A DNA stretch of 42,704 bases, from positions 1-42,704 of the forward strand of contig SSGT01000076.1 of NCBI GenBank assembly GCA_008017065.1, read 5' to 3'. A program made the position numbers and the translations under genes. Shown in pieces: positions 38,285 to 42,704 of this stretch. Origin of the DNA: Crocinitomicaceae bacterium (lineage in GTDB: Bacteria; Bacteroidota; Bacteroidia; Flavobacteriales_D; Crocinitomicaceae). Under the pieces are notes generated by a model. It made no database searches and was not told the DNA's origin. It saw nothing but the letters and a program-made list of their open reading frames with translations. How positions within the stretch are numbered: the stretch's first letter is position 1; each line of letters starts with the position of its first letter.

Positions 38285-39385
38285 ATGAGCAACGAAGAAG
38301 AAATCCAAGACGCACACAACCAAGACCAACCGCAGTTGGAAAATGATGCCATGAGTGAATCAAAACAACACCTGGATTCGGAAAACGACCAATCGACTTC
38401 ACCAGGCGCTGCATTTGGATTTGAACGACCGAATGCGGATTTGATTTGGGTAGCAGAGAAAGTGAACCACGTGCGATCCGAGTTGGGGAAATTTGTAATC
38501 GGTCAAACTCAAATGGTCGATTTATTGATGACGGGGATCTTGGCCAATGGGCATGTGTTGCTGGAGGGTGTGCCAGGAGTAGCCAAAACGCTTGCTTCGA
38601 AGGTATTGGCAAAAGCATTAGACATCGATTTTTCACGGATTCAGTTTACACCCGACTTGATGCCGTCAGATGTCTTGGGGACTTCGGTTTTCAACATGAA
38701 AGATGCTTCCTTTAATTTTCGAAAAGGACCGATTTTTTCAAACATCGTGTTGATTGATGAAATTAACCGCGCACCAGCAAAAACCCAAGCAGCGTTGTTT
38801 GAGGTGATGGAAGAACGTCAGATTACGTACGATGGAATCCATTACAACATGGAGTTTCCATTTTTGGTAATCGCAACCATGAATCCAATCGAGCAGGAAG
38901 GAACATACAACCTTCCGGAAGCACAATTAGATCGTTTTTTGTTCAAAATTAAAGTCAATTATCCTGTTTTAGAACAAGAAACGGAGATTTTGAAGCGGTA
39001 CAAAAACAACATCAAAACACCTTCCTTGGAAGCCGTTGAGAAAGTGTTTACGGCTACAGACATTCAACGGATTCAAGGATTGATAGAAGGAATTGTTATC
39101 GAAGATCATTTGTTGGATTACATTGCGCACATCACCATCAAAACACGGAACCACGGAAAGATTTACCTCGGCGGGTCACCACGTGCGTCGTTGTCGATGT
39201 TGAAAGCTTCCAAAGCACTTGCGGCAATTCGTGGAAGGGATTTTGTGACACCGGAAGATATTCAATTTGTAGCACCACATGTGTTGAATCACCGGTTGAT
39301 TTTGACACCCGAAGCGGAGATGGAAGGTATTCGTCCAGAAGATGTAATCGCTGAAATTATTCAATTGATCGAAGTACCTAGGTAG
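38285..39385 (+). CDS. MoxR-family AAA+ ATPase
   Basis: HVLLEGVPGVAKT (Walker A), VLIDEINRAPAKTQAALFEVMEE (Walker B), VIATMNPIEQEGTYNLPEAQLDRF and GGSPRASL. A polar N-terminal extension of about 50 aa precedes the core. Confidence 0.9.
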   Translation: MSNEEEIQDAHNQDQPQLENDAMSESKQHLDSENDQSTSPGAAFGFERPNADLIWVAEKVNHVRSELGKFVIGQTQMVDLLMTGILANGHVLLEGVPGVAKTLASKVLAKALDIDFSRIQFTPDLMPSDVLGTSVFNMKDASFNFRKGPIFSNIVLIDEINRAPAKTQAALFEVMEERQITYDGIHYNMEFPFLVIATMNPIEQEGTYNLPEAQLDRFLFKIKVNYPVLEQETEILKRYKNNIKTPSLEAVEKVFTATDIQRIQGLIEGIVIEDHLLDYIAHITIKTRNHGKIYLGGSPRASLSMLKASKALAAIRGRDFVTPEDIQFVAPHVLNHRLILTPEAEMEGIRPEDVIAEIIQLIEVPR

Positions 39386-39387
39386 GC

Positions 39388-40719
39388 ATGAAATTGCTCA
39401 AATCACTTTATCTGACACGCTTTTTCTTCGTGTTGTTTGCAGGCGTTGTGTTGATGTACTGCCTAGCAACCGTATTCTCCGTTTTTTATTTTGTAGCAAA
39501 TGTTGCTTTGTTGTCTTTATTTGTTGCGGTGATTGCCGATATTTTGTTGACGTTTTTTGTTGATCATCCAGTGACTGTAACGAGACGAGTAGATAGTTTA
39601 CTGAATTTGGGAGACATGAATGAAGTAGCGCTCGAAGTGAAAAACGAGACATCCCAGCGAATCAAAGTCGCAATCGTAGAAGGGTATCCAATTCAACTAC
39701 AGCGACGTAGTCAGGAGGAAATAGCAGTGCTACATGCAAACGAATCGTCGGTAGTAACTTACAGTTTTAAACCGACCCAACGCGGCGAATTTCTTTTTGG
39801 CAATGTGCTCATTTACCTTTCGTCGTCGTTGTTTTTGATCAAACGACGTATTGTACTCCCGTTGAAACAAACGGTACACGTTTTTCCTTCGATTTTACAA
39901 ATGAAACAATTTGAACTGCGCGTTTTTCACCAACAGTCACAGTCCAGAGGAATCAAGAAAATTCGCAAAATTGGGAACAACAACGAATTCGAGCAGATCA
40001 AAGATTACATTCAAGGAGATGATTTGAGAACCGTTAATTGGAAAGCGACCAGTAAAAAGTCGGAATTGATGGTGAACCAATTTCAAGAACAGCGCTCGCA
40101 GCAAATTTATGCGTTGATCGACAAAAGTAGAAACATGCAATTGGAGTTTGAAGGGATGTCGATGTTGGATTATGCAATCAACTCGGCACTTATTTTTTCA
40201 AACATTGCACTAAAAAAAGGCGATCGTGCAGGATTAATTACCTTTTCGGATAAAATTGGAACCCAATTAGTCGCTGATCGCTCTACGGGTCAACTCAGAC
40301 GGATTTTGAATTTACTTTACAACCAACAAACGCAGTTTAAGGAATCCAATTTTGAGTTGTTGTATGAATCCATTCGGCAAACGGTCAAATCAAGGTCGCT
40401 TTTGATGCTCTACACCAATTTTGAAAGCGAGTTTGCGATGCGCAGGGCGTTGCCAATTCTTAAGCGAATAAACCAACGGCATGTATTGGTAGTCGTTTTT
40501 TTCCAAAACAACGAATTGGAGGAATTAGCGTATCAACGCATCGATACATTGCAGGAAATTTATGCAACAACCGTTGCGGAGAAACTGATTACGGTGAAAG
40601 TAAATATCGCAAAAGAGTTGAAGCAAAACGGAATACAAACCATATTGACACGACCAGAAGATTTATCGGTCAATACGATTAATAAGTATTTGGAATTAAA
40701 AGCCCGAGGTGTAATTTAG
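39388..40719 (+). CDS. DUF58 family protein (vWA-like, MoxR partner) with an N-terminal TM hairpin
   Basis: FEQIKDYIQGDDLRTVNWKATSK is the classic DUF58 motif. Followed by IYALIDKSRNM (MIDAS-like position). Starts 2 nt after the moxR stop. Confidence 0.85.
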   Translation: MKLLKSLYLTRFFFVLFAGVVLMYCLATVFSVFYFVANVALLSLFVAVIADILLTFFVDHPVTVTRRVDSLLNLGDMNEVALEVKNETSQRIKVAIVEGYPIQLQRRSQEEIAVLHANESSVVTYSFKPTQRGEFLFGNVLIYLSSSLFLIKRRIVLPLKQTVHVFPSILQMKQFELRVFHQQSQSRGIKKIRKIGNNNEFEQIKDYIQGDDLRTVNWKATSKKSELMVNQFQEQRSQQIYALIDKSRNMQLEFEGMSMLDYAINSALIFSNIALKKGDRAGLITFSDKIGTQLVADRSTGQLRRILNLLYNQQTQFKESNFELLYESIRQTVKSRSLLMLYTNFESEFAMRRALPILKRINQRHVLVVVFFQNNELEELAYQRIDTLQEIYATTVAEKLITVKVNIAKELKQNGIQTILTRPEDLSVNTINKYLELKARGVI

Positions 40720-40769
40720 TCTTTTTTTGAGCAAGAAATTTACTTACATTGCGCCCAAATTATCTCCTT

Positions 40770-42704
40770 ATGAAGTCGTTGGCTAGCTGCTGTTTGTTCG
40801 TTTTTCTTGCTACTCATTTTCTTTTTTCTCAAAATTTTGTGGGTGGAAGTGGTGTCATTCTTGATTTAGAAACGGTTGAGGTACCAATCTCCGTGAATGG
40901 AATTGCTCCAACAATTGACACAGCATCATTCGGGGTAGAGCAAGTGTGCATTACGGTTTCTCACACGTATGTTTCTGACTTGGAAATTTCCCTCGTAGCG
41001 CCCGACGGGACGGTGATCAGCTTGGTAGCAGGCGTTGGTGGCGGCGATGATAATTTTGAGAACACCTGTTTTCGCGCGGATGTTGCTTCGACCGTTACAG
41101 CGGGTGTTGCTCCTTTTTCAGGTGTTTTTAAGCCGATGGGTCAACTTGGATTGGTTAACAATGGGCAGAATCCGAATGGTACTTGGAAGTTGCGGGTATA
41201 CGATCGGTTTGCGCAAGATCAAGGTGCGGTTGAAAGTTGGTCGATTACTTTTGGAAATTCGCCAGCGACCTATTTTCAGTTTACGGAATCAGATTTACCA
41301 ATCGTTGTGATTCAAACCAACGGACAAACCATCGTAGACGATCCAAAAATTTTGGCGGATTTTGGGATTATTTTTAATGGCAACGGAGTACGCAACCACA
41401 TTTCAGATCCTAAAAATGCTTATGACGGCAAAGTTGGAATCGAAATTCGAGGTAATTATTCGGCTTCATTGCCTCAAAAACCGTATGCGATCGAGTTGCA
41501 AGACGTCAATGGAAATGCGATTTCCGCTCCGATTTTGGGGATGCCGTCCGAAAACGATTGGTGCTTGATTGCCAACTACAACGATAAGTCGTTTGCTAGA
41601 AATTTTCTTCCCTACGAGTTGTTTGATGCAATGGGGCACTACAGCGTTCGATCGCGGCTGGTAGATGTTGTGATAAATGGGGAATACAAGGGGATTTATC
41701 TGTTGACCGAAAAAATTAAAAAAGATGCCAATCGAGTCGACATTTCTACACTGAATCCGACCGAAATCGCGGGTCAAGATCTCACCGGTGGTTATATTCT
41801 GAAGATCGATTATTGGGACAATGCCAATTCATGGTTGCTCAATTATCACCCAATTGGTTTTCCTACGGTGGATGTGCACATGGTGTATTATTATCCCAAA
41901 CCAGCGGACTTGGTACCGCAACAAAAAACGTATATCCAAGGTTTTATCAATGACTTTGAAACCGCATTGTACAGCGCAAATTTTGCGGATACTGCCAACG
42001 GATACCGAAAATACATCGATGTACCTTCGTTTATTGATTATTTCATCATCAATGAACTTGCACGCAATGTAGACGGTTTCAAAAAAAGCCGGTTTTTTTC
42101 CAAAGACAAGGATCATGCAGACGGACGAATCCGCAAAATGAAAGCGGGTCCCGTGTGGGATTTTGATTGGGCGTTCAAAGACATGTGGAGCGGTTCGGAG
42201 GATGGATCTCAATTTATGTATGGCGATGTAGACCAAGATGTCGATGCGCCAGGATGGTATATTCGTTTGCTTCAGGATCCACAATTTAAAGACGAACTAC
42301 GGTGTCGCTACGATGATTTGCGACGTTCCATTTTGAGCGAAGAATACCTTTTTGCACAAATAGATTCGATTGCAAACTTGGTACTTGAAAGCCAAGCATG
42401 GCATTTTGAAACGTGGGGCAATTTGGGCCTTCCTACTGGAACCGGTGAAGTGCAATCTCCCGCGCAAAGTTATCCAGAAGAAGTACAACGACTCAAAGAT
42501 TGGTTGAGCAGAAGATTGGCTTGGTTGGATGACAACATGCCGGGAACGTTGAATGGATGTAGTTTTGCAGGGCTGAATAACGACGATCAACATCTGGGAG
42601 CGACGGTTTTTCCAAACCCATTTTCCAACGAAATTGAAATTCGATTTCAGGGGCCAATCCATGAAAGTTTTCGATACAAATTAATGGATCAAACGGGTAG
42701 AATC
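40770..42704 (+). CDS. secreted P-domain + CotH kinase-family protein with a T9SS C-terminal sorting domain (3' end truncated by the window edge)
   Basis: Not in the supplied ORF track. The ATG at 40770 opens a stop-free frame of 645 codons to the window edge. Signal peptide ends FLFS|QNF. P/homo-B-like SHTYVSDLEISLVAPDGT...NPNGTWKLRVYD. CotH-like GIEIRGNYSASLPQKPYAIEL...NDKSFARNFLPYELF...VVINGEYKGIYLLTEKIK. T9SS tail TVFPNPFSNEIEIRF. Confidence 0.85.
   Translation, partial: MKSLASCCLFVFLATHFLFSQNFVGGSGVILDLETVEVPISVNGIAPTIDTASFGVEQVCITVSHTYVSDLEISLVAPDGTVISLVAGVGGGDDNFENTCFRADVASTVTAGVAPFSGVFKPMGQLGLVNNGQNPNGTWKLRVYDRFAQDQGAVESWSITFGNSPATYFQFTESDLPIVVIQTNGQTIVDDPKILADFGIIFNGNGVRNHISDPKNAYDGKVGIEIRGNYSASLPQKPYAIELQDVNGNAISAPILGMPSENDWCLIANYNDKSFARNFLPYELFDAMGHYSVRSRLVDVVINGEYKGIYLLTEKIKKDANRVDISTLNPTEIAGQDLTGGYILKIDYWDNANSWLLNYHPIGFPTVDVHMVYYYPKPADLVPQQKTYIQGFINDFETALYSANFADTANGYRKYIDVPSFIDYFIINELARNVDGFKKSRFFSKDKDHADGRIRKMKAGPVWDFDWAFKDMWSGSEDGSQFMYGDVDQDVDAPGWYIRLLQDPQFKDELRCRYDDLRRSILSEEYLFAQIDSIANLVLESQAWHFETWGNLGLPTGTGEVQSPAQSYPEEVQRLKDWLSRRLAWLDDNMPGTLNGCSFAGLNNDDQHLGATVFPNPFSNEIEIRFQGPIHESFRYKLMDQTGRI

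Noticed and set aside
41829-42284. 151-aa minus-strand ORF, plus the 121-aa ORF at 42297-42662
   Set aside because: Both are antisense to the long stop-free CotH-family frame, which has clear domain motifs. They are shadow ORFs.
1-42704. Search by eye for CRISPR arrays, tRNA/rRNA genes, transposases, integrases, phage genes or long repeats
   Set aside because: None were seen. There were no regularly spaced direct repeats, no T-loop GGTTCGAATCC-type motifs, and no transposase or integrase-like ORFs. An exhaustive repeat search needs software, so short dispersed repeats could have been missed.

Overview
This 42.7-kb window looks like chromosomal DNA from a Bacteroidota (Flavobacteriia-like) genome. 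Support for that lineage: TAnnTTTG -7 promoter boxes, almost no Shine-Dalgarno sites, a T9SS C-terminal sorting tail, a short NuoG, and signal peptides cleaved before Gln. I found no rRNA, tRNA, CRISPR array or mobile element. Left third (1-12.2 kb): hemD, an LD-carboxypeptidase, three secreted or anchored proteins of unknown function, an aldehyde dehydrogenase, a COG1373-type AAA ATPase, a TraB/GumN protein, hutI and gpsA. Centre (12.9-25.7 kb): a complete 14-gene nuoA-N complex I operon, preceded by a 719-nt ORF-free leader and closed by a clean intrinsic terminator. Right third: a pheS-ytxJ-glutaminyl cyclase unit on the minus strand, two tandem paralogous lipoproteins, queA and a 929-aa S9 peptidase. 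The most interesting locus follows at 33.8-40.7 kb: a tightly coupled five-gene membrane cassette (SpoIIM-like fusion, DUF4129, DUF4350 with an extra tail module, MoxR AAA+ ATPase, DUF58). Its function is, to my knowledge, unassigned. Immediately downstream is a P-domain/CotH/T9SS-tail gene that runs off the right edge and is missing from the supplied ORF track. All family calls rest on motifs read by eye, with no database search, so novelty cannot be verified here.
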